Counted from the first letter of the stretch, positions 10,383-20,559 are shown. The stretch: 64,000 nt of DNA from Bacteriovoracaceae bacterium (GCA_048270185.1 JBLWTJ010000002.1:416001-480000), one strand, 5' to 3'. The notes: a model not told the origin generated them from the letters alone. Numbers and translations are program-made.

Positions 10383-10820
10383 TTATTTTAAGCTTTTTTC
10401 TTGCCAAACTATTATCTCTTCCTCTAGTGCGATTCTCACTGCTTTTAGCCATTCGGCTTCAAGTTTTTCGTGCTCTTTTATACTTTCGACTTCAACAAAG
10501 AGTTGAATGAAAACCGGCCCCAATTGGTGATAGAACACATTTAAAGAGGGTATTTGAATATCAACAGGAAGATGATCTGCAAGTTTTTCTAAAACCTTTT
10601 CAACTTCTAATACTTCTTTAGCAAGGTCATAAATAGATTCAACTTTTAGGAGTTGGTATAGGCGGCCGATATAGGCTTCATCAAAAATTCTCTGCTCGAT
10701 TAATGAGTGTGGAACCTTATCTTGTAAGAAGTCTTCTAATGTATAGTGTGCCTGACGTGCCGATTCACGAAAGAATTCTTTATTAACTTTAACTTGGTTA
10801 TGATCAAAGAAGCTTGTCAT
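10383..10820 (-). CDS. Hypothetical protein
   Basis: Clean ORF; GGAGG RBS before ATG 10820. Confidence 0.7.
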   Translation of the reverse strand: MTSFFDHNQVKVNKEFFRESARQAHYTLEDFLQDKVPHSLIEQRIFDEAYIGRLYQLLKVESIYDLAKEVLEVEKVLEKLADHLPVDIQIPSLNVFYHQLGPVFIQLFVEVESIKEHEKLEAEWLKAVRIALEEEIIVWQEKSLK

Positions 10821-10954
10821 AAGTACCTCCACAACTACTAGTATAACAAAGAATTATATTTTTGCATGATTATCGTTCATTGTCTGATCAATGCAAAAAA
10901 AAAGCCTACTTAAGTAAGTAGGCCTTCTATTTAAAATTTGAATATATTCATGAA

Positions 10955-11746
10955 TTAAAGTGTAAGTTTACCTTTCTCTTTAAGTAGGTCAAGAATCATT
11001 TCAAAGTGAGAAAGTGGGTAAGCACCTTTAACAGGAACACCATTAATTACGAAACCAGGAGTCCCTTGGATTTCGAATTGTCTTGCTTCATTCTCATCTG
11101 CTTTAACTCTTTCAACAACTTCTTTAGACTTTACGTCTTTTGCAAGCTTAGACATATTAGCACCTAACTTCTTCGCAAGTTGCTTTAGGTATTTTTCTTT
11201 GTACTGTCTTAACTTAGTTTGACCTTCTTGAGTGAAAAGCTCATCGTGAAATTTAAAAGCCAGTTCATTTTTTTGAATTCTTAGTGCTTCATAGTACTCA
11301 GCTGCAATTCTTGCTTCAGAGTGGAATGAAAGAGGAAGGTGCTTATAAATAAATTGTACCTTACCTTTATATTTTTCAAGCATTGGTTTAACAACGTTAT
11401 CAAATCCTCTTGTACAATATGGACACTGAAAATCAGAGTATTCAACTAGAGTGATTACTCCACCTTTAGTTCCTCTAATCGCTTCGTCTTCTCTAATTTG
11501 TGGCTTTAATGGATTTTCAACGAAAGCGTGAAGTTTTTTATTTTCTTCTTCTTCTCTCTTCTTCGCCATTGCTTCTTTTGCATTTTGCGCAGCCGATTGT
11601 AGAGCTTCCATAACTTCAGCTGGATGAGCTTTAATTGCTTCTGCTAAAATTGTTGGATCTTCTTTAAGTGCTTTTTTAATTTCTTCCTTACCTACACAAC
11701 TTGCAAGTAAAACTAGTGACATTACAATGCCTAAAACTTTTTTCAT
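10955..11746 (-). CDS. DsbA-family thioredoxin-fold lipoprotein
   Basis: Lipobox LLASC, EYSDFQCPYC active site, GTP cis-proline loop. Confidence 0.9.
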   Translation of the reverse strand: MKKVLGIVMSLVLLASCVGKEEIKKALKEDPTILAEAIKAHPAEVMEALQSAAQNAKEAMAKKREEEENKKLHAFVENPLKPQIREDEAIRGTKGGVITLVEYSDFQCPYCTRGFDNVVKPMLEKYKGKVQFIYKHLPLSFHSEARIAAEYYEALRIQKNELAFKFHDELFTQEGQTKLRQYKEKYLKQLAKKLGANMSKLAKDVKSKEVVERVKADENEARQFEIQGTPGFVINGVPVKGAYPLSHFEMILDLLKEKGKLTL

Positions 11747-11821
11747 TACTATCCCTTTTGTTTTTAAAACAAATTATTCATCAAATTAATATTATGATTT
11801 TACTTGAACAAAATTAAATAC

Positions 11822-12808
11822 TCAATCTTCTTTTGAAGAGTACTCTTTTTCCATGTAGTCCAGATACTTGTTGATGGTACGCGTCTGATTGCGTACATAC
11901 TTATAACCAATGAGGTGAACTCTTGAGGCATATCGTCCATTAATGAAAGATCGCATCGTTGCAAAAATCCCAAATGCAGGTGTTGCTACCTTATTATAGA
12001 GATAGGCCATGAAGAAACTATAACAAATAATATTTGTCCCAATGGTAATATAAGCAATATCTCTCTGGATCAAACTCATGTAACTAAAGTATTCTTCAAC
12101 ACCTTTACCACCAGTTAAGATTTCATTTACCACTGAAATAACAGCATCAAAGAGTGCGTAGTTAATAATTGAAATAATCATCCCTGTAAGAACACAAGTT
12201 ATCGCGACATAAATACTCTTATGAATAAAGAACATTGTTTCAAAGACAGGCTTGTGTATCTTTTTGTATTTAGACGGAACTTCAATTTGAGTTAATTTTC
12301 CACTCTTTCTTAAAGTTGTTGTTGTCGTAAAGAACCAATCACTAAATCCAGAAAGAAGTCTTAATTCCGACTGAAACTCTCCATCAAAGGCCCACTTCTC
12401 TTCATTAGGACAAATAGCAGCTTCACAATATGCTGAGATTTCATCAAATGGCTTTAATACTAATTGGGCCAGAATTATACCAGCGATGAGAAGGCAAATG
12501 AACGAACCAATTGCCCAAGGGAGAACTTCTAATAGGCCATTTTGAATATAGTCCATAATCAATGGGCTAATAATGTAATCAATATCTTTTCTAAAAGAAG
12601 TTATATAAATAATTGCCGATTTGAGTAAAACCCAATTTAGAATGAATCCCAAGGTGATTGAAACAAAAGGTACTAGTGCGAAGATAACACCTATTTTCAA
12701 ACGAAACTTGGCCTGATCATCTTTTTTAAAGTCTCTAAAAGATTGCGTAATGATTTTATACATGTCTTCCCACTCATCGTGAATTAATTCATAAGTCTTT
12801 ATTATCAT
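11822..12808 (-). CDS. Hypothetical membrane protein (two similar TM-hairpin halves)
   Basis: 328-aa ORF with about 4 hydrophobic segments. Confidence 0.7.
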   Translation of the reverse strand: MIIKTYELIHDEWEDMYKIITQSFRDFKKDDQAKFRLKIGVIFALVPFVSITLGFILNWVLLKSAIIYITSFRKDIDYIISPLIMDYIQNGLLEVLPWAIGSFICLLIAGIILAQLVLKPFDEISAYCEAAICPNEEKWAFDGEFQSELRLLSGFSDWFFTTTTTLRKSGKLTQIEVPSKYKKIHKPVFETMFFIHKSIYVAITCVLTGMIISIINYALFDAVISVVNEILTGGKGVEEYFSYMSLIQRDIAYITIGTNIICYSFFMAYLYNKVATPAFGIFATMRSFINGRYASRVHLIGYKYVRNQTRTINKYLDYMEKEYSSKED

Positions 12809-12813
12809 GTAGT

Positions 12814-12841
12814 TATTCGGCGTAATCTAAATAATTCTTAA
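12814..12841 (-). promoter_or_regulatory. Putative sigma28 (FliA) promoter
   Basis: Minus strand reads TTAAG-N15-GCCGAATA just upstream of the 12808 start. Confidence 0.45.
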
Positions 12842-12858
12842 TATTTTTATCCATTAGC

Positions 12859-12886
12859 TAAAGAAAACTTAAAAAAGCTCCGATAC
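12859..12886 (+). promoter_or_regulatory. Putative sigma28 (FliA) promoter
   Basis: TAAAG-N15-TCCGATAC upstream of the lipoprotein gene at 12921. Confidence 0.5.
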
Positions 12887-12920
12887 TGTTAATAGCGTAA
12901 ATCTAATATTTGAGGATATT

Positions 12921-13553
12921 ATGAAAAAATTTAAGACTTTATTAATTCTAACAATCACATCGGCCCTTATCACAAGTTGTGGTAGTGACTCAGGTGGATC
13001 TAACTCACTTGGTGGCTCTGGCTGGGGAGTTAATAATTCGAGCGTTGGTAGTATGACATCAAATGTACAACAAGTTCATGCTAGCCTTGAACGAATCACA
13101 AACTGTCAAAGTGGTAGTAGAAAAGTTGTAACGGCAAATGTTCAATCCGGTCTTAATCAAGGTATGAACTCCACTCAGCTATATGGACAGCTAAATGAAG
13201 GCGCTCTTCCAGGAGAGAGTGGTGAGTATTATTCAGGAATAAGTGCGACAGGAGATATTCTCATTATTTCGAGAGCATCCAATGGTTTTAATTTCTACTT
13301 CTCTTTTTGTAGTCTTTATTTCTCACTTTATAATCAACAATATCCACTACTAGCTGATGGACGTGGTATCCAAAATCTATACATGTCTAGTCCAACTGTA
13401 TTAACGGCTTCAACTTATTATCCAACGAATTTAATTTCAAGTGCTAATATTGTTGTCACTGTTCCTCAATACACAGCAAACTACAATGGTTATAGCGTAC
13501 CAGTTGAAGGACAAACACTATACTTCGCTTTTACAGCACCAGTAAGAAATTAA
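12921..13553 (+). CDS. Hypothetical lipoprotein
   Basis: Signal peptide with lipobox LITSC, Gly/Ser linker, GAGG RBS. Confidence 0.75.
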   Translation: MKKFKTLLILTITSALITSCGSDSGGSNSLGGSGWGVNNSSVGSMTSNVQQVHASLERITNCQSGSRKVVTANVQSGLNQGMNSTQLYGQLNEGALPGESGEYYSGISATGDILIISRASNGFNFYFSFCSLYFSLYNQQYPLLADGRGIQNLYMSSPTVLTASTYYPTNLISSANIVVTVPQYTANYNGYSVPVEGQTLYFAFTAPVRN

Positions 13554-14710
13554 TAAAGTTTTAAGATATTTAATTTAGGAAAATAATGGGCCAGAATTTT
13601 TTTATGGCCCATTCCTTTTTGGGCCAAACCTAGAGAGCCAACTTGGCAAAGTCCGACACCGTGGCCATTTCCCTTACCGACAAATTGCATCCCTGCCCCT
13701 TCAAGATCAACCATATAGAAATGGTTAGAAGGAAATTCAACGCGACCAAAGTAGCGACGGAATAAACTCTTTTTTATTTTTATTTTCTTATTTCCATTTT
13801 TTACAAAGATTGCTTTTGCATTCTTCTTATCAGGATAAATATACATTTTCTTCTTAAGAGGTGTCTCTTCGAGATATCCTTTTCTCATGGCCCATTGAAG
13901 AAATTTTTTAAAACGATGTTTTGTAATTTTTGAATCCCAATTCTTTTTCTTCTGACAATATTCACATTTTACTGTTGAGTATCCATGAACTTTATTCGTC
14001 CAAACATCAGAAGGTATAAGAGTTGTTCCACCACAGCTAGCATGAAAGAAGGCCGGCACAAGATCTCCCTTCTTATTTGTAAGAACGAGTCCTGCTGTAT
14101 CCTTTGATGCTTCAATCGTCTTGGCCGTTACGTCATTAAATGTTCCATTTACTTGATGTTTTTCAGAGTTTTCAAGATCAAAGAGGGTATCATTTTGAAG
14201 TCCCGAAATCATCATATGATGAATAGCATAAGTTCTGGCCGCAACAGCTTGGGCCTTTAACGCTTCAATTGGCCATGAAGCGTTCATTTCTTTTGCAAGC
14301 AATGTCGCAATATAATCATCGAGATCCATTTCGTTAACAACATCACAAGAATTACCATTCTCACTCGTTACGACATGCATCTGTCCCATGAATTGTTTTT
14401 GTTCAAAACCAATGAGACCTGTTTGAGAACTGAGAGAAGCAAGGTACTGTGGTTTAACACTATCAATCTTGCCAAGTGAATTACAGTTGATTTTTATTTT
14501 CTTATGGCCATTAAAGGTTTTTGAATTCTTAGTCGCAACAACTAAGCGAGTTATATCGACACCTTCTAAGAGAACATTTTGTAAATTTTTTGCAACTCTT
14601 ACTTTTACAGTATGACCTGACTTAAAATTTTGAAGGGGACTAATTCTTGCAAAAGAATTTATTGAAACCGCTAGTGTTAATAAAAGAAAAATATTCCTCA
14701 ATGATATCAT
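13550..14710 (-). CDS. SpoIID/LytB domain peptidoglycan hydrolase
   Basis: EMNASWPIEALKAQAVAARTY and GNGHGVGLCQ...ILAHYFP motifs. Confidence 0.92.
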   Translation of the reverse strand: MISLRNIFLLLTLAVSINSFARISPLQNFKSGHTVKVRVAKNLQNVLLEGVDITRLVVATKNSKTFNGHKKIKINCNSLGKIDSVKPQYLASLSSQTGLIGFEQKQFMGQMHVVTSENGNSCDVVNEMDLDDYIATLLAKEMNASWPIEALKAQAVAARTYAIHHMMISGLQNDTLFDLENSEKHQVNGTFNDVTAKTIEASKDTAGLVLTNKKGDLVPAFFHASCGGTTLIPSDVWTNKVHGYSTVKCEYCQKKKNWDSKITKHRFKKFLQWAMRKGYLEETPLKKKMYIYPDKKNAKAIFVKNGNKKIKIKKSLFRRYFGRVEFPSNHFYMVDLEGAGMQFVGKGNGHGVGLCQVGSLGLAQKGMGHKKILAHYFPKLNILKLY

Positions 14711-14770
14711 CCTGACTGGTCTTGCTTCCTTGCAAACCTAGTAAAATGATATATGAAATCACTACACTAC

Positions 14771-15604
14771 TCAACTCGTTAATTTATCGATCACTTTTTT
14801 CATATCGGCCCAAGCCGTTTTCTTCATCGAAACATTATGTTCTAGTAGATTAGGATGGAAGAGAGGCATTACTTCAATTATCCGACCACTTTCCTCAGTC
14901 TCTATTTGAACTGAGAAAAACTCTCCATGTGCCTTGGCCATTTTAATCTTCTTATCAAGACATAGACTGGTTGCAGGGGCTCCTAAAGGAATTAAGAAAC
15001 GAGGCTTAAAGTGAGCACAACAAGAGAATAGGAACTCTCTTGCGTCTTTCTTTAAGTATGGCACGCGGATAAATCGTCCGGCCGGTATTTTCATGGCCTT
15101 AATCATTCGGCCCATTAAGTCCTGATCTGATTCAATCATTGAAAGTGGTAGAAATTCTGGTATTTCATCATCTTCAATTTCATCGAGTCCGTAGAAGACA
15201 ATATCCACTTCACCTTCAAATTTATCAATGCCAGGTATCGAATCAATTTTCCAGCTTGAATTGATCTGTGAAAGAATTTTATTGAAGCTGGTAGAAACTC
15301 TTAGACTCTCCGCTTGCACTTCTTCTTTTTCTATTTCGACAGTGTTTTGAGTTGGGATTTTAGGCTTTTGAATCGGTGCTTGTTCAAGCGTATCAGGAGC
15401 GACAACTTTCTCCTCTTCTAAGCTTAAAGAATGCTTACTAACAGGCTTAGAATCGCCTTCAAGAGCGTTTAATTGCTTGCCCTTTAACTTTAGAAACCAC
15501 AGTGAATTTTCAAAAATTTTGCTATAGAACGTCGGCTTATGCCCACCCATAGGGTTTGCATTATTGCTAAAATCTTTAGTTAATTTATTCAAAAACTTGG
15601 CCAT
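14771..15604 (-). CDS. Uracil-DNA glycosylase-like protein (degenerate)
   Basis: C-terminal PRFLIPLGA...PLFHPNLL...KKTAWADM resembles family-4 UDG. Confidence 0.55.
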   Translation of the reverse strand: MAKFLNKLTKDFSNNANPMGGHKPTFYSKIFENSLWFLKLKGKQLNALEGDSKPVSKHSLSLEEEKVVAPDTLEQAPIQKPKIPTQNTVEIEKEEVQAESLRVSTSFNKILSQINSSWKIDSIPGIDKFEGEVDIVFYGLDEIEDDEIPEFLPLSMIESDQDLMGRMIKAMKIPAGRFIRVPYLKKDAREFLFSCCAHFKPRFLIPLGAPATSLCLDKKIKMAKAHGEFFSVQIETEESGRIIEVMPLFHPNLLEHNVSMKKTAWADMKKVIDKLTS

Positions 15605-15764
15605 TACTTTATTTCCTATGGGTAAAATATCCCTAAGATACTAAAAATAAAAGCATAAATTTTAGAACTCCTCTAAGCCTCCGATAAATCAAGTATATCC
15701 ACTGGATGGGACACTCTGCACAACAGGTCTCCAGTGGTAATTAGACAATTAAAGGAGTTGCTAC

Positions 15765-15977
15765 ATGTCTTTCGATCCAGATTTCCAATTAGAGAACTTT
15801 GAAGAATTATTTGGTGATATCGAACAGGTACATAAGGTTTTAAATGAATGCCCAGTTTGCGGCTCTAAGATGATTCACACACACCTTTCTGATTATAAAA
15901 ACCTGTACATACATGAGAATTCAAGATGTACGGATTGCGGGCACGGCAATAGAAAGAAGATTCATCACCTCAACTAA
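15765..15977 (+). CDS. Small zinc-ribbon protein
   Basis: CPVCG...CTDCG; AAGGAG RBS. Confidence 0.75.
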   Translation: MSFDPDFQLENFEELFGDIEQVHKVLNECPVCGSKMIHTHLSDYKNLYIHENSRCTDCGHGNRKKIHHLN

Positions 15978-15986
15978 GCATTCAGA

Positions 15987-17864
15987 TTATTGAGGGAATT
16001 CACTTGATAGCCTCTTGTGGATTCTCTCAGCAATCCCCTCTTTGACATTCAATTTATGACTTATTTCAATCACAGATAATTGTGCCAACTCATTGAGAGT
16101 CAAATCTAGATTCTCATGTATCGTCTTCAGTGTCTGCTCACCAATTCCATCAATTTCACTAAACCATGAATTAAAGATACGATCCTTTTCTTTCTTATGG
16201 TGAAGTTTGCGAGAAAAACGGTGGGCCTCATCTCTCATTTGAACAATAATGCGCATAAGAGAAGGAGTCTTTTTTAAGAAGTATGGATTGATTCGATTTG
16301 GAATAATTAGTCTTTCTTCAGAGCTTGTAACTTCCTTATCTTTAAAAGTATCACTCTTACTAGTTTTAATTTTTGCGATACCAACAACTGGTATATCTAA
16401 TTTAAAATCTTTTAAGACTGCTTGAAAACTTGAGACTTGTCCCTTACCTCCATCAACAATGAAAACATCAGGAAGCTTTCCTTTCTTTAAACGACGAGAA
16501 AGAACTTCTTTCATCATAGCAAAGTCATTATTTCCCTCTGGTCGCTCTTCTAAGTGGTAGTAGCGATACTGCGTCTTATCAGGCTTTCCATCGCGAAAGA
16601 CGATTTGCGACGCCGTTGGAGACTTTCCTTGCCAAATAGCAACGTCGTAACACTCTAGTAGTTTTGGTGTCTCTTTCAGTTTCAATAACTCTTTAAGCTT
16701 TCCAAGTCCAATCCAAGGGCCATCAAGATTCTTTACTCGAAAGCGCTGATGTTCTCTCGCATGATCGAATGTTAAATCGTAGAGACTCTTCATTTTTCCA
16801 ATAGGCTTTTGAACTTCAATTTCAATATCCAGAACTTCATTAAAAGCCTCATTAATCATTTTGAGGTCTGCTTTCTTTTCATCGATATAAATACGTGATG
16901 GAAGTTGCTCTTTTGTATTTGAGTAGTATTGAAATAAGAATGTTTGGAAGAGTTCATGATTTTCTTCCTCACTATCACCACGGCCAAAATGATAATTCTT
17001 ATGACCTAGAAGAATCCCTGATCTCATCATATAGATTGAAATATCAACTTCAAGATCACCCACATGATAAGCGACAATATCAAAGTCTCTTTCTGTTGAA
17101 AGTTCTACTGTCTGTCGTTGATAGCCTTTAGAAAATTCTTTTAACTCTTCGATATTATCTCGAATTTCTGCCGCCCTTTCAAAGTGTTCTTTTTCAGCTT
17201 CGGCCATCATTCGTTCTTCTAAAACCTTAATGACTTTTGTCCCCTGTCCTTCAAAGAAATTCATCACATATGATAAATCCTTGTCATAGTCTTTCGCAGA
17301 AATATAGTCCACACATGGAGCTGAGCACTGGCGCATCTGATAAATAAGACATGGCCTCTTTCTACGATTCATCTCTTCAAGAGAACAATCTCTTAGAGAA
17401 AATGACTTTGTGAGAATACGAGATATTTTGTGGATATTACTCCCCGTCGTAAATGGCCCAAATAACTTTACTTTCTTTTTTCGCTTTGGACGTCTCGTAT
17501 AAACAAGCCTTGGAAACCTTTCTGTCATATCAATTTGAATATAGGGATAACTCTTATCGTCTTTTAACTGAATATTGTACTTGGGTGTATGTTTCTTGAT
17601 TAAATTATTTTCTAAGATATATGCTTCAGCATCTGTCTTAGTCATAATAAAGTCAAAGTCTTGAATATGAGAAACTAATATCTGAGTTTTAGGTGTTTTC
17701 TCTGAACTATTGAAATAACTTGATACACGAGATCTTAGATTTTTTGCCTTTCCAATATAGAGAATTTCTTCCACACCAGCACGTTTGCGCTTCATTAGGT
17801 AGCAGCCAGATTTAGTCGGTAAATGTTTGGCCTTCTCAAGAAGATCTAAAGTATTTTTCTTCAT
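15987..17864 (-). CDS. uvrC: Excinuclease ABC subunit C
   Basis: GIY-YIG (GCY...YIGKAKNLRSRVSSYF), Cys cluster, UVR domain, PDVFIVDGGKGQ, RDEAHRF, HhH. Confidence 0.97.
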   Translation of the reverse strand: MKKNTLDLLEKAKHLPTKSGCYLMKRKRAGVEEILYIGKAKNLRSRVSSYFNSSEKTPKTQILVSHIQDFDFIMTKTDAEAYILENNLIKKHTPKYNIQLKDDKSYPYIQIDMTERFPRLVYTRRPKRKKKVKLFGPFTTGSNIHKISRILTKSFSLRDCSLEEMNRRKRPCLIYQMRQCSAPCVDYISAKDYDKDLSYVMNFFEGQGTKVIKVLEERMMAEAEKEHFERAAEIRDNIEELKEFSKGYQRQTVELSTERDFDIVAYHVGDLEVDISIYMMRSGILLGHKNYHFGRGDSEEENHELFQTFLFQYYSNTKEQLPSRIYIDEKKADLKMINEAFNEVLDIEIEVQKPIGKMKSLYDLTFDHAREHQRFRVKNLDGPWIGLGKLKELLKLKETPKLLECYDVAIWQGKSPTASQIVFRDGKPDKTQYRYYHLEERPEGNNDFAMMKEVLSRRLKKGKLPDVFIVDGGKGQVSSFQAVLKDFKLDIPVVGIAKIKTSKSDTFKDKEVTSSEERLIIPNRINPYFLKKTPSLMRIIVQMRDEAHRFSRKLHHKKEKDRIFNSWFSEIDGIGEQTLKTIHENLDLTLNELAQLSVIEISHKLNVKEGIAERIHKRLSSEFPQ

Positions 17865-17939
17865 TATTATTATCTTTTTATTCTCTTTACTTTAACGCCA
17901 TTCACCTTTAAATTGTCCCTATTCACAAAAGGAAAATTC

Positions 17940-18359
17940 ATGTCAAATTTAGGTGTTGGTAAAGAAATTGTAACATATTGTAGCAAGTGTAAGCTCGATC
18001 TTGCTCATTTAATTGTAGCAATGAAAGATATGGAAACTCCATACAAAGTTCTTTGTAACACTTGTAAGACAACACACGCGTATAAAGCAAAGAAAGTTGC
18101 TTCACCAAGTGCTGTTCGTCGAAAGTCACCAACAAAGAAGAGAGTCTCAACAGAAGATAAAATTATCAATATCTGGGAAAAGGCAATGAAAGACCTTGAT
18201 GGTGAACCAATCGCTTATAATATCCGCCAAAAATTTGAAGTTGGAGATGTTATTGGTCACCCAACTTTTGGACCTGGCCTTGTTGATAAGAACCTCGATT
18301 CTAATAAAATCGAAGTTGTTTTCCGCGGATCCATCAAAATTCTTCTTCATAATAAATAA
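17940..18359 (+). CDS. Conserved hypothetical zinc-ribbon protein
   Basis: CSKCK...CNTCK..H and C-terminal GDVIGHPTFGPG; ATG 17940. Confidence 0.75.
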   Translation: MSNLGVGKEIVTYCSKCKLDLAHLIVAMKDMETPYKVLCNTCKTTHAYKAKKVASPSAVRRKSPTKKRVSTEDKIINIWEKAMKDLDGEPIAYNIRQKFEVGDVIGHPTFGPGLVDKNLDSNKIEVVFRGSIKILLHNK

Positions 18360-18364
18360 ATAAA

Positions 18365-18394
18365 TAAAAAAAGAGGTTGATAACCTCTTTTTTT
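18365..18394. terminator. Bidirectional intrinsic terminator
   Basis: A-tract, AGAGGTT-gat-AACCTCT, T-tract. Confidence 0.7.
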
Positions 18395-18700
18395 ATTTAT
18401 GCGTCCTTCGTTTGAAATGATGTATAGACACGAGAGAAAGACCTTTAGGTCTTTCGGTTCGCCACAAACGCAACACAAAGAGACTGAGTGTCTCTTTTTC
18501 TATTTATGCGTCCTTCGTTTGAAATGATGTATAGACACGAGAGAAAGACCTTTAGGTCTTTCGGTTCGCCACAAACGCAACAAAAAGAGACAATCAGTTT
18601 CTTTTTTTATTTATGCGCCCTAACTTTTGAAAAGACGTATATACACGAGAGACAAACCTTTAGGTTTGTCGGTTCGCCACAGGCGCCGCCACAAACGCAA
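18394..18700. repeat. Three tandem copies (107-bp period) of a structured REP-like element
   Basis: 18394-18475 is identical to 18501-18582; a diverged third copy spans 18608-18700. Each has an internal palindrome (GAAAGACC-TTTA-GGTCTTTC in copies 1 and 2). Confidence 0.9.
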
Positions 18701-18753
18701 AAAAGCCTTCCATCCGGAAGGCTTTAAAATATCTCTCTTTCTTTTTTATTAGA

Positions 18754-20559
18754 TTACGGATTCCAATTCATCCCAGCGTTACCACCAATTCCAATGCTGA
18801 ACTGACCATTAAGGGCACCTCCGGCCATTGAACCATAGTTTACACCAGAGTTGTAATACCCAGCATAGTTATTAGCATAAAGGTTCTGCTGTGCATTTTG
18901 CAGGTTCTGATAAAGAGCCTGATTTGCATACATCGCCCCCTGTTGGTTCTGGTAATTTGATTGACCAGCAGCTTGTGCTTGAGCACCATTAATATAGTTT
19001 GAAAATTGTTGTGCTTGGTATTGAGCATTTACATTACCATTTACACCCCAACCGTTACTTCCATTAGATCCCCAACCACCGTTTACACCAGTGTTAAGTC
19101 CCCAAGAAGTACCACCATTCATACCTGGATTATAAATTCCACCGTTGTTTCCCCAACCTCCGTTGACGCCCCAACCACCATTGATATTTCCGTTTCCACC
19201 TGGAAAAGTATTTCCACATGAACATGGTGCTGAAATACACATACAAGCAGCATTTCCACCACCGGCAACTCCGCCAGGATACATCCCACCGTTTACACCA
19301 CCGTTGATTCCCCAACCGCCGTTAACTCCACCACCGGCAGGATAAGTTGGGTATACACCACCAACGCCCCAGCCACCATTAACTCCGCCAGGATACATTC
19401 CACCGTTTACACCGCCGTTGACTCCCCAACCGCCGTTAACACCACCTGGATACATTCCACCAGTATTTAAACCACCGTTAACACCCCAACCAAGATTGAT
19501 TCCAGCATTAACACCTGCTCCTGGATACATTCCCCAACCTGAGCCTGGGTACATTCCATAATTTGGCATTCCACCAATATTAAGACCAAAGTTTACTCCA
19601 GCTCCTGCGCCAGGATAACCAGTCATACCTGGGTACATTCCACCCATTCCATTCATACCTAGGCCAAAATTAGCACCAAAACCAGCTCCGTAACCATTAC
19701 CATAACCAGCTCCATATCCTGGGTACATTCCTCCACCCATTCCGAAGCCTGGATACATTCCGCCCATTCCCATGCCACCCATAGGGTAACCATAACCGGC
19801 TCCACCACCTACACCTAGGTTTGCATTGATTCCAAAACCAACACCATTACCACCAGTAAGTAGTCCGGCCAGAGCTGAACCGGCCATTGAACCAAGCGGG
19901 TTCATATAGATATTTGCAGAAGCGCCGTAACCGCCTCCCATACCGTTTCCGTACATACCATTACCGTACATACCTCCACCGTAAATTCCGCCACCAAAAT
20001 TAGGTCCACCCATTCCACCTAGGAATCCACCAGTGTAACCTTGGCCAAGCCAACCATTTCCAACACCACCGTAAAGTCCACCTGATAGACCTAGTCCACC
20101 AGCGTACATTCCAGAACCGTAACCATTACATGTTGAAAGCATATCTGATTGTTGATCAGCTAGAATTGGGTTTGCCCCTCTTTCTAAATTGTAGTCTAGA
20201 TAATTTGAAACTTGTCCATGACAAGATTTGATTCCATTTTCATAAGCATTTGCCCAGTACTCTTGGGAATCCGCTGCGTGCTTTGTTGAGAAGTAAACAC
20301 TTCCCATGGCAGCTAATGAAGGAATTGCTACTTTCGCTACTTCGGCCCATTCGTTTCGTTCCGGTAGTTTCGGTAAACATTCAACACAGAAGTCTCCACT
20401 ATTTGAGCCTCGAGATGCCCTACTAACACACATTTGCGCATCATCTTCATAACCATTCTCTCTTAACATGAGACAATCGCTAATATCGATTTCGGCGTAT
20501 GCATTGAACATCAGTGCAAATAAAATGATGCTCTTTGTGTTTAAAAGTCTTAACTTCAT
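18754..20559 (-). CDS. Secreted glycine-rich low-complexity protein
   Basis: GGAG RBS before ATG 20559, signal peptide, long GGVNGGWG/MYPG repeats, Q/N/Y-rich tail. Confidence 0.85.
   Translation of the reverse strand: MKLRLLNTKSIILFALMFNAYAEIDISDCLMLRENGYEDDAQMCVSRASRGSNSGDFCVECLPKLPERNEWAEVAKVAIPSLAAMGSVYFSTKHAADSQEYWANAYENGIKSCHGQVSNYLDYNLERGANPILADQQSDMLSTCNGYGSGMYAGGLGLSGGLYGGVGNGWLGQGYTGGFLGGMGGPNFGGGIYGGGMYGNGMYGNGMGGGYGASANIYMNPLGSMAGSALAGLLTGGNGVGFGINANLGVGGGAGYGYPMGGMGMGGMYPGFGMGGGMYPGYGAGYGNGYGAGFGANFGLGMNGMGGMYPGMTGYPGAGAGVNFGLNIGGMPNYGMYPGSGWGMYPGAGVNAGINLGWGVNGGLNTGGMYPGGVNGGWGVNGGVNGGMYPGGVNGGWGVGGVYPTYPAGGGVNGGWGINGGVNGGMYPGGVAGGGNAACMCISAPCSCGNTFPGGNGNINGGWGVNGGWGNNGGIYNPGMNGGTSWGLNTGVNGGWGSNGSNGWGVNGNVNAQYQAQQFSNYINGAQAQAAGQSNYQNQQGAMYANQALYQNLQNAQQNLYANNYAGYYNSGVNYGSMAGGALNGQFSIGIGGNAGMNWNP

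Noticed and set aside
18394..18700. CRISPR array
   Set aside because: The repeat unit (82 bp) is too long, the ~25-bp linkers are similar hairpins rather than unique spacers, and no cas genes are in the window.
18488..18727. 79-aa ORF
   Set aside because: It is a translation of the tandem non-coding repeat.
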